The notes under the pieces: model-generated
What the model saw: only the letters and a program-made list of their open reading frames with translations
Database searches by the model: none
What the model was told of the DNA's origin: nothing
Assembly: GCA_907165135.1 (NCBI GenBank)
Contig: OU015568.1
Location: 7,130,001-7,194,000, forward strand
Source of the DNA: Oikopleura dioica
Lineage: Eukaryota; Animalia; Chordata
Direction of reading: 5' to 3'
Length of the DNA: 64,000 bases
In this document: positions 36,061 through 49,100 of the stretch, piece by piece
Position numbering within the stretch: position 1 is the first letter of the stretch
Layout: the number at the start of each line of letters is the position of its first letter
Made by a program: the position numbers and the translations under genes

Positions 36061-36719
36061 TCATACATTGTGCCTAGTACCTCCTAGCAGCGGGATTTCT
36101 CGCATTTCCGTTCTCATGCACTAGAAAGACGGAATAAGAAGCGTTGGAAGGTTGGTTTCTTACCAGATACTCGCCCATGACGACCATGATAGTGATGCAA
36201 ACGAGTTGAATTAGCCACCAAGAAACAGTGGTAGGAAAGCCGCGGTAGATGAAGCAGCCGATAAGGTGAAATAGGTGCATTGTACAGGTAAAGTCTTGAA
36301 AAGGTTGAGGGAAGAAATAGAGGTCATTTTGTTACCTAGACATTGCTTGGCGCGTTTGACAAAGTACCACAGAGCAACAGAACCACCAAGCGCTAAAGAA
36401 AACCAATTTTTTTTCTGAGCTACTCAAACTGGCCTACCAGAAATAGCATGACAACAAACAACAAGAGTATTGGTGTAGTTAGATAAATGAAGAATGTTTG
36501 AATCGAACATGTAGCTCAAGCTGGGCGGAAGGCCGAAGAGCCAAGAAGCGAGGGTCAGCATAAAACCGAGCGAGACGTAGTAAATGCACTTTATTCAGCT
36601 TTCACAAACTTGCCCTATTTCTGATTCTTCTTTTATCTGTGAAAGCGTTCCTGTACAGTGGCCATTTGGCCGAGAATGAGCGGCGGATCCCACACATAGC
36701 TCCGAAAAGAGCTACCCAT
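36061..36719 (-). CDS. SYS1: SYS1 Golgi trafficking protein
   Basis: MGSSFRSYVWDPPLILGQ..PSLSYMFDS..LDFTCTMHLFHLIGC..SWWLIQLVCITIMVVMGEYL..MRTEMREIPL. Confidence 0.92.
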
Positions 36720-36899
36720 GGTCACCACGAGTGAGACCCGAGCAGATGTTGTCTCTGAATGGTTTGCTTTTGATCGATTTTGTGAATGATAACATTAATA
36801 ATTCAAAAATTAATAGTAAAATACGACAAAATTGAACAGTTTCGGTGTAGCAACAAAGGAGTAGAGTGAAGAAAATGGGATGAAAGAGTTTTAAAAAAG

Positions 36900-37470
36900 G
36901 GGGCTTTCGGATGAAGAAGTCTTTTCGTTGGAGATCTTGGCTGTCTTTTCGGCAGTGCTGACTTTTATCTGATTCGGGCTTTGAACGGGGCTGAAAATAT
37001 CGGGTGAAATGGCCGATTGATGCTGCTTACGAGTGGTTTTTCTGGAAGGAGTCGAACATTAATCGGACTTTGTCGCCAGGATTGAGGAGAGTAGCGCGCC
37101 CGCGTTTTGACTTTGGAGTCGGAGTTTTTGACGAGTTTACAGGAATACGACTGAACCTAATATGAGTTAGAATTGAGCAAAAAACGATGGCAATTTACTT
37201 GACAGGTCTGAGGATATTCGTAACCGGCTTTGCTTGCTGCACTTTTGGGCTAAAAACGCATCTGGAAGTTGTCGCTTGGACAGTAGCAATGTGAACGCCT
37301 TGAATGTGGCGTTCCTTTATTGTTCGACGATCTGAGCATTGAAGGTCTACGTATCCATTGTTCTGCTGGAGAGCGTAGAGGTGGGTCACGTAGTCGGGCT
37401 TGTATTCCATTTCTTCTTCTGAATCCGAGCCTAAAATCGACCATCCCGTCCCGCTGTCGTTTTCCGTCAT
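36900..37470 (-). CDS. Hypothetical protein, spliced; end uncertain
   Basis: MTENDSGTGWSILGSDSEEEMEYKPDYVTHLYALQ..; lies in the co-oriented gene run; no family recognised. Confidence 0.4.
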
Positions 37471-38169
37471 TCTGAAGTGTTTGATTGTCAAATACGCGCA
37501 GGACTTGTAAAACGTTTTTATAGTCAAATTGGGGTCCTAAAATTGTAAATAATAAACTCCTTGAATGAGTAAAGCAACGTGTCTTTAGAAAAAATAATTG
37601 AGGTTATTTAAAAACTAGTGGGGCGTGATAGGATGATCTCTTGAGAAAAGCGTGTGGCGTCGAGAATCTTGAATTTTAAAATTATGAGGACTGTTCAAAT
37701 AAAAGAAGAGGAAAAGTGACAAAAATGATGAAAAATGGGATAAAATGAAACAGAGGGAATTTTGAATTCGTTATTTCTCCAACCTTTCAATAAAATGATA
37801 TGAACAACAATACGGAACTTAAGTTTAGAATAAATTCTTTATGAATATATTTTTCTTTGGCAACAGAATAAATTTACAGTTCGTGAAAAACTTCCGTCGT
37901 CAGTTTTTGCTTCTGACTGTGATTGTACAAGGCCAGCGCTGTCAGCACACTGAATCCAATTGCAACGCAGATTATGACAACTAAAACGCATTATCATTTC
38001 GGAAGGAAAAATCAGCAAACCAGGAAAAATAAGCTTCATGTCGCCAAGGCAGTAAGTGTTGGGGTCGAAGCCGGACTTGCTTTCGATTTCAAAAGGCTAA
38101 AATTTTCTGAGGAGAATGACGCAGCAAAAACAATAAATATCTGTATTCTGAAACGTTTCAAACCGATGA

Positions 38170-39066
38170 GAATTACAAGATAAGCTTCGACACAAGTTTA
38201 CGAGTCTTTACGCACCAATCATACTTCTTCCATTTTGAAAAGTAGACAAGAAATTAGCAAAAAGAAGCACATGAAGGGATACGGCACTACGAGTAGTAGC
38301 GATGAATAATTTCTCGAACCTGGAAGTGAACGTCGCTGAATTGAATAAAAACAGCTTCGGACATGAGGCCGCACATTTGCCTGTCTTTAGGACACAGTCT
38401 ACACGGGCTGCGAATACATCGAACATAGAGGAGTAAATATTAATCGCGACAAGTTAGGTCTATCAAAGTTTAATGCTCCTCCTTTGTTCTGGTTTGTTCT
38501 TGGTAGGTTAGCAGCCCTAACTAAATTCAAAGCCAGTTCGGCAAACAAAACTTGAACCAAGTGGCGCGCCGAGTTCTTGATCGTTGATCGCGGAGGAAAA
38601 TGTGTCGGAGCCGATTCTCACTTCGATGTAGCGCAATCCAGCGTGGCTCAGGTTGGTTTTGAAAATTGCCTGTTTCAGAAAAAAAAATTCTAGGAAAAAA
38701 AGAACCAAATCTTAGGGCATCTTTTCTTTCGTCAAGTTTGAACAAAAGTTTAATCTCCCCAATATCCGGAAAGGGATGAGAAGGCCAGCCAATGGTCAAC
38801 TCCGAGCAGTTTCCGGAGACGTTTTCTGCGCTTATTAAAAACTGAGATTGCCCAAGAAAAAGGGCAATCCTCATTTCTGCTCTCATACATGACGTTTCCC
38901 CTGCAGATGAGTTAAATTTTATCAAAGGAGGTACTTTTTTCAAAGTCTCGAAATTGGTCAATGGAAAATCGTTTTCGTTTTTCTCTGTGTGTTTTCGGAC
39001 TATCCCTGTAGATAAGCCTGCTGCAAGTTCAAAACGAAAAAGAAAGAAAAGAGAAGATAGAAGCAT
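38170..39066 (-). CDS. Secreted/membrane glycoprotein with a LAMP-like lumenal domain; 3' end uncertain
   Basis: Signal peptide MLLSSLFFLFRFELAAG; N-glycosylation sequons; TSCMRAEMRIAL and ELGAPLGSSFVC resemble the LAMP C-L-x-A and AP-x-G-x-S-Y-x-C motifs. No canonical GYxxPhi tail found. Confidence 0.4.
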
Positions 39067-39179
39067 TATTTTTTATTTGAATCAGCGGGTGAATCTCCTC
39101 CCGAAAAAGAATAACGATAAATAATTCAAAAAGACACAGTGAGGACTAAAAGGAACTTCTAGCGCCAGCAAAACGACGC

Positions 39180-40288
39180 TCAGAATATTTTGCCTTCTTT
39201 CGCTGCGCCGTGGTATGGCAGATTTAACTCATGGCAGAGCAGTTCAATTCGATCTGAAAAGCATTTACCCCCTCTTTGAAAGCAAGAAAGCTACCTTGTC
39301 CAAAGAACATCTTATCCTCCTCCCCTTCCTGTCGGACGATAAAGGATGGCGCTCCGAAACAACCAGCATCAAGCGCTTCTTCCGTATTTTCCTTGAGCTT
39401 GTTTTTCACCGCTTTCGTACTCGCCAGTCCCAAGAACTCTCTTCCTTGTTCCTCCGAAAGGCCAGCCTTGGCGAATGCATCCATCAAGACGGCCTCATCG
39501 GTGATGTCGAGGTCGTGGATCCAGATTTTCTTCCAGACCTCGGTCGAAACTCGCTCGACGATTTCGGGGCTGTTCATGTCCATGGCTGTGATGGCTCGCA
39601 TGGCTTTGATGGAGCCCTTTTTGAAGAGGGTCGTGAATGGGTCGGAAAGCATGTTCAACTCCACTACAATCACAATTAGCTGCAATACAAAAAATATTCT
39701 TCAAATTTTTCTATCATTTTTATTGGACACAATTATCTTGACAGTACAAGAAAAGGCATTTATTTTACAATTTTAAAAAATTCTCAGATCGAAGATTGAG
39801 ATCCAAGACATTCATTTTAATCCACAGTCTTTTGCATCATTTTTATCATCATAAATTTTTGAGTGATTGAAATTTAAAAAGGAGAGCTGGATTTTATCCG
39901 GAAATTTTCCGAAAGAGGGCGCCTCGGAACGCACCATTTTGGTTGAAAAGAGGTCACCTGGGTATACCAGCTGGTAAATAGATTCCTATCTATTTGAATA
40001 AAAATTTAGTAGATACAAAATTTGCTTCCCCAGAATGAAAAATTACTTACTTCCTGTGAACTCATTCAATCTCATCAAATCTCTTCCCATGTAGACCATT
40101 TTTCCAGGAACGACACCAGGAGGCTTATTACCCGATCCCTGCATGATTCCACCGAGAAAAGTCGGCTTGAGTTCGATTTGAACAGAAGGATCGTTCCAAA
40201 TTCGACTGTGGCGCATCATAAGTTCGAAGCCGATCCAACTGTAGGGACTGATACAGTCGTAGTGAAGTGCGATTCTTCGGAGAGCCAT
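39180..40288 (-). CDS. GSTK1: Glutathione S-transferase kappa
   Basis: LHYDCISPYSWIGFE, PTFLGGIMQGSGNKPP, KGSIKAMR, TEEALDAGCFGAP, MFFGQDRIELL. Confidence 0.95.
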
Positions 40289-40359
40289 TTTTTTTCTGAA
40301 AAAATATGAGCTTTAATTTTTGAAGATCAGGTTTTATCAGTATTGAAGATTCTTCAAGG

Positions 40360-41664
40360 CTAGAAATTTTCAGCAAATGAATAATAGTCAAGATGCTTTA
40401 AATGGTTTGAAATTCCGAATTCCAGCGAGTCTCCTTCTCTCTCCCACCAACTCGGCTTTGAAACGACGATTTCTTCGTCTCCAACTTTCACCGTTTTGTC
40501 AAAATTATCAGTTCTGAACATGGCCAATCCATTCCCATCAGAATCGACTGTTAAAATTTTTCCTGCGCTTCTTTTTGCTTTAATATCTTTTGCTTCGTTT
40601 CCAGGAGAGAGTTTTAATGGAACGATTCGTTTTCTAGTGACGCCAGTGTGGAAAGTGCGCGCGGTCAGTTCTTGGCCGAGGTAACATCCTTTGTGGAAGG
40701 AGACGCCGCTCATTAAATCGCAGTTGCACTCGAGCGGGAAGCCTTTGTTGAATGGAATCTCTTCTCCGCCCTCTGGAATTCCTGAATTGAATGAATCAAG
40801 AAGAGCAAAAAATAGCTTGGAAACGCCCAGCTAATATTTGCGCAGCGTACCACTTCCACTAAAAGTTCATGAATTTTGGAACTACCATGGTTTCAACTTG
40901 AATAATCTGGTTAATTGAATAAATACAGTCGTTGTTAAATCATTAACTCAAAAAAGAAAAAGGCTCATTCTGAGCCTAACTGATCAAATATTTAAATTAT
41001 TTCCTTGTTCACCCCCAAAACAACCCTTTCTTATTGAATATTTATTCGGTAGATAAGCTATTTTGACGTATTAAAAGTCAAAATATCATGTCAAAAGTCG
41101 CTTACCGAGTCTATATCTGTGCGAGTGGTATTCTTCCAATGACATCGTCGGTAAATTCGGATTGGAAAGCACCCTTGCTCCCATTTTTTCCAGCCTCGGG
41201 TCGACAAATCCAAAATCAAGGTCTTCGCTTCCGGGGAGAATATGACAAATAGATTCGCTTTCGACAAAATCGATTTTCACTTTTCGTCTGATTTTGTACA
41301 TCGACAAGTGCTTCTTTAGCTTCGTGGAAAGAGTCTTGTCGCAGTCGATTAAAATTTCATCGTCGTTCAAGTGATATAAAATCGCGTCGAAATAGACTCT
41401 TCCTTTTGCGTTTAAGAACATGGAATACATTGAACCTAATTTGGCATGTTAATTTGTCAATTTTTCAAAATTAATGCGTCTCTCAAGATTAACTGCTGAC
41501 TCACCGGCATGCTGCAAGTTTGAAATATCATTTGTGATGACTCCTTGAAGCAAGGCCTTGGCATCCTTGCCCCTAACAGAAATTAACGACCGCCAGTCTG
41601 ACAAATCAACAGCTCTTGCGGAGGAATATCTCTTTGGAAGCCGCGAAAATGCCGATTTCAACAT
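40360..41664 (-). CDS. IBA57: Mitochondrial iron-sulfur cluster assembly factor IBA57 (YgfZ/CAF17 family)
   Basis: [52 protein letters not shown] (KGCY-x-GQE signature). Confidence 0.95.
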
Positions 41665-41863
41665 CTCAAAGGGAGAAAAGATTTACTTTGTGCTCTGTTT
41701 ATTTATTTGTTATATCAGCAAAATCATAAAATATCAATAATCATTATCAATTATAAATCAACACAGTTTTAGTTGAATTCTAAAACTGAAAAGAACTGAA
41801 GAGTGAGGAAGTTTCATTTTAGATAAAAAAAACATGAATTGGTGCATGAAAAGGAGAGTAATT

Positions 41864-42031
41864 TTATTCATTTTTCCTGAAGCTCTTCAGATGTTCAGTA
41901 GCATCGTCGATGGCGACTTGGGGGTTGTTGACATAGAAGCGCACTTTTTCGGTTCCGAGCTCTTGGTTGATGAAAATTCCAAGTCCGACGCCGGCGATGA
42001 ATCGGACATTTGTCAGAAGACCCAAGACCAT
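41864..42031 (-). CDS. Small single-TM protein, weakly STMP1-like
   Basis: MVLGLLTNVRFIAGVGLGIFINQELGTEKVRFYVNNPQVAIDDATEHLKSFRK; preceded by a ttcttttg acceptor-like tract; fills the gap between RUNDC1 and IBA57. Confidence 0.4.
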   Translation of the reverse strand: MVLGLLTNVRFIAGVGLGIFINQELGTEKVRFYVNNPQVAIDDATEHLKSFRKNE

Positions 42032-42264
42032 TTTTTGCAAAAGAAAATCTGAATGGATTCGCGTGAAGGAAGAATGATCGTTTGAAGAGGATAAGTAGGA
42101 ACGTTTTTGGCGAAGAAGTGAAGAAAAAGTCAGACAAGATGCAGTGTACAGTGATAAAAATAGGTAGGTAAACATTCGGAATTGCTAGTTGCCCGATGAA
42201 GAATTCGGATGAAGTTGAGAGAATGAAATGTTGTTGAAGACAGGAGGTAAAGTAGCTTCAATTG

Positions 42265-44021
42265 TCAGTAAGCGTCTTTGATATCGTTCAAATTTTTGAT
42301 CGCCAGATTGGCCGGCAAATCGAAGCCGTTTTGGAGCTTTTCTAGGGGTAGAAGAACAGAGAGGAATTGATCGTATCCATGTTGCCTGAGATTTATGATA
42401 AGAAAATCTTCTTTCGAAAGGAAGAAAGTTACCTAAGAAAAGCGTCCGGTTGATACTCTTCATTTAGTGCTTTGAAAACGCAGTAGAGCCAAGCAGTTAG
42501 ACAACGCTCATTGAGCCCGTGGCAGATTACTGCGCGAAACATCGAAGAGTTGTACGCTTTAAACTAAAATAGCGGAGTAGAGGAAGGGAGTAAGAGCTGC
42601 TGGGCTACCTTTTCATGGGAAGTTTTGACGTTATGAATGGTCTCAAGAAGCGATCTTTCGTGTTCGTTTCGGCCTAGAAGCGGATCTTTCATTCCAAATG
42701 CATGTCGCAATGCTGAATTAGGCGCTTTTGTCATGATATTTCCTCCCCGAACTTCGAAAAACTACGTATTTGATAAAATAATGATGACATGGAAATTTAT
42801 ACTTTTAGTAAAATTTGCCAGGAGTCGTCTTCAGCGTGCGAGTTGGAGTCTTTGTCTCTGAAGCAGCCGTAAACTGGATAAGTAATTGTTGAAAGCGCGG
42901 AGGACAAATACGAGGAGCCAAAGTCGAAATGGTGAGCAAATATTGCCGCGATCGAGTTTGAGAGCTGCTTGCGAACAACTGATACCAGTCGATCTAGGTT
43001 TAGATTAGCGATAATCAAGAAACGCAGCAAGAATCTTACCCATTGTCGCAATATGCTCACACTCAGATCCCCTTGATCGTTTACCCTTCGCAATATTGTG
43101 TCGTTGATAAGCGAGCTTGACCAAATTGACAGTATGAATTAAATCTTCAATTTCTTTCGGCTTTATTTCTTTTGGATCAAGCGGTTTGGGCGCACTCGTC
43201 ATGACGGTATCCTGATCTTCCTCAGGCGTATCTGGAGGGTCGTGGTACTTGGACGCGATTTTCGCCTTTCCGCAAGTGAGGTTTTTGACGAGGAGGTAGG
43301 GTAGCAATGTACCGATTTTTATCAACGCATGGACGCCCTTTGTAATGATGCCCGAGTTGGCCTTCTGCCTCGCTGGATCCGGCAAGTCGAGATCTTTCTC
43401 TTCTTTGTTTTGCTGCATGAATTCGATGAATCGTTCCAGATCCTTGACCTTCGTCTGCAACTGGTCGACGAGTTGTTCTTTTTCGATCTGCGGCATCAGA
43501 AGATTTTTCATCGCCTCATCGGCTGCTTGTTTTGCTTGCTCGGTGGTGGCGATTTCGCCCTTCAAACCGAGCTTTTCGCTTAAAATTCGAAGAGACTCCT
43601 GCTGTCCTTGGATGATATCTTTGGTTATATGATTGTTGAGTCCTTTTCCAGCGGCTAATCGTTCTACTTCATCGAGTTGGTCCTTCAGCGCTATTGATAG
43701 CTTCGTTAACGAGTCCTCTCCACTGTCGTTAGTGGAGTTGAGCGGAAGAGAAGAGGTCGAGGAAGAGACAAAATCAGACAAATCTTTTAAAATACAGTCG
43801 CGATCTGCTTCAGGGTTGTTGAGAGCTTGGCTCAGACGAAACTCGACCTTAAAATTATCTATACTCCTTGCTCTTCCAACTAAGACTCTATTTACTTGAG
43901 CAAGACGGGAAGTCAAAGTTATCATCGATTTTTGCAAGTCATTTCGCTCCGACTCAAGCATCTCAAGCCTAGTTTTTTCATTTTCTGAGTCTGAGCAACC
44001 CACTGGTGGTTCTCTCTCCAT
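42265..44021 (-). CDS. RUNDC1: RUN domain-containing protein 1
   Basis: ERNDLQKSMITLTSRLAQV(EF)RLSQ, KEQLVDQLQTKVKDLERFI, FRAVICHGLNERCLTAW, FDLPANLAIKNLNDIKDAY*. Confidence 0.85.
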
Positions 44022-44283
44022 TCTGAATTCCAAGCCTGCATCAAAATTGTAACTGTACTTGCAAATTAAAGGGACAAACAAACAAGAAGTCAACAAAGAA
44101 TCTTCACCCAGCAAAATCTTCGGGGATTTCTCTAGCTTTTACTATTTTTTCTCTCTTGGAGGACTTGTTTATTGAAATGAACTGGTTTTTGATCTCAAGC
44201 ATCGCGAGTGGCTTACCCGGTCACTTGAGTACAGTGCAAAAATAAAATGTCAACAAGAGGCGGTTTTTATTATTCGGATGCGG

Positions 44284-44615
44284 TTAGATTCGCTCCATGG
44301 CTTCGATCATGAGGACGGAGTTGCCCCGGATGACACACATGCCCATGGTGTGGGAGGAGTTATCTGAAATTGTATTTGTCAGAATTGGACAGATAATCGA
44401 TAAACAAAGCGCGAACCTTTTCTGTACTCGATGGCGTCGTCGATAACCAGATTCATGAAGGGATCGAAGCCGCGAAGAACGCCCTCCACTTTTCGACCTA
44501 AAATTGAAATTCGCCACGTAACAAAAAAGAGAGGCTGTCTCGTACCTCCATTGACCTTGATGGACATCTTTCGGTCCATGAATTTCTTGAGCTCTGGAGG
44601 ATGTGCCTTGCTCAT
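44284..44615 (-). CDS. SNRPG: Small nuclear ribonucleoprotein Sm G
   Basis: [59 protein letters not shown]. Confidence 0.97.
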
Positions 44616-45243
44616 CTTGGTGATGAAATCAAAATTCTAAGCGATCTGAAAAAAAAGAAAAACGATCGTTTTAGCTTTTACTCGAATTTAAATTGCACGA
44701 TGAAGGGTTATGAAAAGTGAAAAAAGAGTCTCACAATAATTATAATTAGTATACTGTAATACTGTCATAATAAATCGATAAATGGTTTTCTTGATAAAAG
44801 TAAAGACTTGCCCTATTCGACTTTGACTGCCAACAAAACTAGAGTTGACGGCTTTAACTTTAATTTGATTTTTTTTCGTTTTTGAAAGTACAGTTATTCA
44901 GTAGTGACATGTGTGTGTTTTACTAGGGGCTATTAAAAGACTGTTATTGAACGTAATTCAGAATAAAATAGAATTTTGCAGTAACAAGAAGAGGAATATA
45001 TATATTTTACAAGCAAGAGATGAAAACTAGAGTTGAATGGAGAGGACGATGTGCTCAGATGGCAGATGGAAAGTTTCTAGGAGGTATGAGCCAGAACAAA
45101 TGAACCACCTTTGGAGATCGTCGCATGGTGATTTGGTTCGATGAATTTTGCGTTTTACATCCCGAGTTTTGGGAGTGATGAAGTCTAAATTTGGCTCAAA
45201 TTTCGAAGTCAAGGAAGAGTAGCGACTACCTTGGTAGATAAGT

Positions 45244-45875
45244 TTATGCGTACATCATGACGAGAGCAGTGATAAGACCGTACAGACCCAAGACTTCAGC
45301 AAAGATAAGCATCAAGACCATACCGACAAAGAGTTTTGGCTGCTGGGCTGTCCCTCTGACACCGGCGTCACCGACGATACCAATGGCGAAACCGGCCGCC
45401 ATGGCGGAAAGGCCGACCGAAAGACCAGCTCCCATATTCGTCAAGTCCTCACATAATATTTATATATCTTTATCTCTATCAATCTCTATTGACTTCTCTT
45501 TCTCAGGAGCAGCTCTTTTATTTTGCATCTAGAGAAGTAGCGAGCTCTAGAGATTTCTTACCTTGGCCATGGTGGTTCCATCTTTGTTGATTGTGTTGGC
45601 GATGAGGACGGCAACGACGACACCGTAGATGGCGAGGATACCAGCCATGACGACGGGAACGACCGATTTCATGATCAATTCTGGTTTCATGATGGCCATG
45701 GCGGCAATACCAACACCCGACTTCGCGGTACCGTAGGCGGCGCCCATGGAACTGAAGAAAATGCTTGATAAGGGAACAAAAGAAGGTTGAGTTGTTACCT
45801 GAAGACCATAGCGCTGGTGGCTCCCATAACGGAGAAGAAGGGGGAGTAGATCGGTCTTTCGGGGGAAACACTCAT
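45244..45875 (-). CDS. ATP6V0C: V-type ATPase 16 kDa proteolipid subunit c
   Basis: [83 protein letters not shown]. Confidence 0.97.
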
Positions 45876-46161
45876 TCTAAAGGAAGATTGCGTGAACATA
45901 GGTAGTTGAATGAAGATGCGTCTCGAATTTACAGAATAAAATAAATAAGTTGAATACCGGTCTTTGAAAGGAATAACACCAGAAGGACTGAACTAGCGAT
46001 TCGGAATTGGTGAATTACTGATAGTAGAAATAGTAAAGAAGAAAGTAATACTTTGAGGTTGTCAAAAGTTGCTTGAGGTCGATGAAAATCGTGCTGAAAA
46101 AAGAGAAACTAAAGCATAGAAACTTAAAAGGGCGAGGCAAGAGCAGGTCGGTCAAATTTCT

Positions 46162-49100
46162 CTAGGTACGAAACAGTAGTTGTGCTTTGGGCGTTTTGGC
46201 TGGAGAAGAACTTCGAAGAAGGGAGTCAGCGATGCATCCTATTAGGCTTGCAGCGGCAGGAGCTGTGCTAAAACACGCGGGCGAATAAGTCACACCCAAA
46301 TCGATAGAATAACCTACCTGGCGATCGATTTCCTCGCCCAACATCTTTATATTGTCCTGCTGCATCATATTCTTTAATAAAGTGTCTTCCAGAACTAATT
46401 GAAGTTTACGGTTAACTTCCAGGACCACGTCCAAGTTATCTGAAACAAAATGTCAACTTTTGAAGCTCCAAAACATCTTCTCCAAGCTCTATTCTACTGA
46501 CCTGGTGCAACGACATGTGCTCCAGCGAGAAGTCTATTGACCCTCTGCGCAAGTTCTTGCTCCGCCCCAGGAGGCTTCATCCTTCCATGCTGTTCCCTGA
46601 GCATGAAGCTTTGCAACAGTTTTGTCTTCTTTTTCAGCTCTTCCGTCAGCTGACTCACGTGGTCATTCAGGAAGTCGATCTTTTCGTTTCTCTTATATTT
46701 GGATTAGAATAAATTAAGTAAAACATGACTAATTTCTGATAGAATGCTGAGAGGAAAAGGGATCCAGAGGCGCCAGATAAATCGATTAATTTCAGCCGTG
46801 GAGGTGGCATCAATAAATAGTGCACCTTTGGGCTTTTCGCAATACGACATCATTGTAAACTTGAGCAAAAGTTAATCCATTCCTTGACATTGACTTTTTG
46901 ATTTTCAACAAGTCGATGTATCAGCTCTTTTTTGTCGATATTCGAGAGTCCGTAATCGTCGAAGCCATTAGTGGCAGTGTCGAGCCTCGGGCGGGGACTT
47001 TGCGTTCTGCTCTGCGTCCGGCTCATTGCTGGGCTTTGTGGCTCGACCACAGGACGCCCCTGCTGCTCGCCCATTGAATCCAGACTTAGACGACTTGAGC
47101 TTCTGGTGAGTTCCCCGTCGGAGGATTCGTTTTTCTTCAGCGCTTGTCGGAGTTCTTTTTTGATGGCTAAAAATGGGTAAACATCGAGCTTAAGCAGGAG
47201 CTTACCTTGGTTCTGCTTTTCTAGTGCTTTGACTCTGCTGTTAGCATCTTCAGCAGCTTTTTTCGCCGCTGCAAGCTCATCAACAGATCCGACTTTCTCG
47301 GTCTCGTACTGAGCCCGTAACTCTTTCAGCGAAGTCGTGACTTTTTCATGAATCCCCTTGAGCTCTTCGTATTCAGCGTTTGACTTTTCCAGCGTCTCTA
47401 GCCGCTTTGATTTCTCTTCAAGCTCCTGTCGAAAGGTACCGTTGTTTTCTGTCAATGAGCGGACTGAAGCAAGGAGTTCGGCCTCGCGGGTTTTGAGCGT
47501 TTCAGCTTGTTGCTGGCGATCTGCGGCGCATTCTTTTGCCCCGTTTACTTCTTCCAGCAAATTGTCGCGCTCGGCCGTGACTTCTTTTAACAACTGCTGC
47601 TCTTGCGCATACTGCAAATAAAAACGTGAATAAACAACAATCTGGTCGATCAATAAACAAGTCGGAGACAAGACAAAAGAGTCGTTCTCTTCCTTGATTT
47701 CAACCTATTTTCAAAATTACCTTAGCTCCAAGCTCGGTCAAATCCTCTTTTGCCCGTTGAGCGTTCTAGCCATAGCATTTCGTTCCGCACACAGTTGCGT
47801 TTTCCTCTTCGAGACAGGTAACCTGGGAGAGAAAAGCTGACGCCTTTTTGTCGTTCAAAAATAATCAAAATTGAGATTCCGAACGAGCCGATTCTCAAAG
47901 TTTATTTAAGAATCCTGACAGACAAAATGACTCATGCAAATGATGATTCTATCTTTTTCTTTTTCATGCTTTTTTCAATAAAAAATGAATACGAACGGTG
48001 GTAATGAACGACGTGCATTTTACAACCAATTACCTTCGCCGCAGCGTCGTCATAATCTGACTGTACTTTGGCTAGCGTTAGGGTTCGCACCCAAATAATT
48101 TTAAAATTTTAAAATGCTTAACAAATAACCATTTTTAGTGTCCCCCCCTTATTCATTCCACTGATTTCAAATCTGAAATCAGAATTTAAAATCTCCACTA
48201 GAACCCGAGTTCTAGAGTCGAGAAAATGGCGAAAAATCGCCGGTGTGCGCGCCGCGCCGCGATGGATGGGTGGCGCTCGTGTGCTGAAGTGCCGCCGCTC
48301 GCCGAGATCTTGGCTCAAGTAACTTTTTTCGAAAAATTTTTTTTTCGACCCTGATTTTGAAATTTTCGCAGATAAATCAAATCACCGTGAATGGGTCATT
48401 CTTAAAAAATTAACTTAATCGAAACGCAGGAACCCTTCTTTATCACTCCTGAAAGTCTTATCACTGGGGTTGCGCCAGTGGAAAAATGGACTTTTTGCAC
48501 TTGATCTGGAGGGATGAAATTTTGTGGACATATTTCTGAGGTCCTAATCAAGAAAAATCAAAAAAATTTCGAAAAATTAAGGGTATAGGGGTCGAAAAAT
48601 CGATTTTTTCATTTTTGCAAAATTAAGCCTGAGAAAACCAAGAATATCATTTTAAAAAATCAAAAATGATTTTTTCGAGTCGAAAAAGTCGAAGCAAGAT
48701 GATAAATCCGCAAATAAAGAAATTAAAACTCTAAAAACTAAATAAAAACCATAATAAAAGAAAAAACTTGAATAATTTGTATTTAAACCTCGAATGGGTG
48801 TGGGTGGGGTTGGGGACATAACTGAGATTGATCACCTCAGAGTCCAACGCCGATCTCAAGCCCCTTAAATTAAAAAATCAAGGAACGGGGCTGAGACGGC
48901 CCGAAGGGCCGTCAAGCCCCTTAAATTAAAAATCAAGGAACGGGGCTGAGACGGCCCGAAGGGCCGTCAAGCCCTTAAATTAAAAATCAAGGAACGGGGC
49001 TGAGACGGCCCGAAGGGCCGTCAAGCCCCTTAAATTAAAAAATCAAGGAACGGGGCTGAGACGGCCCGAAGGGCCGTCAAGCCCCTTAAATTAAAAATCA

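Noticed and set aside
45027-45212. 61-aa ORF between ATP6V0C and SNRPG
   Set aside because: No recognisable motif or splice support; could be UTR. Not reported as a feature.
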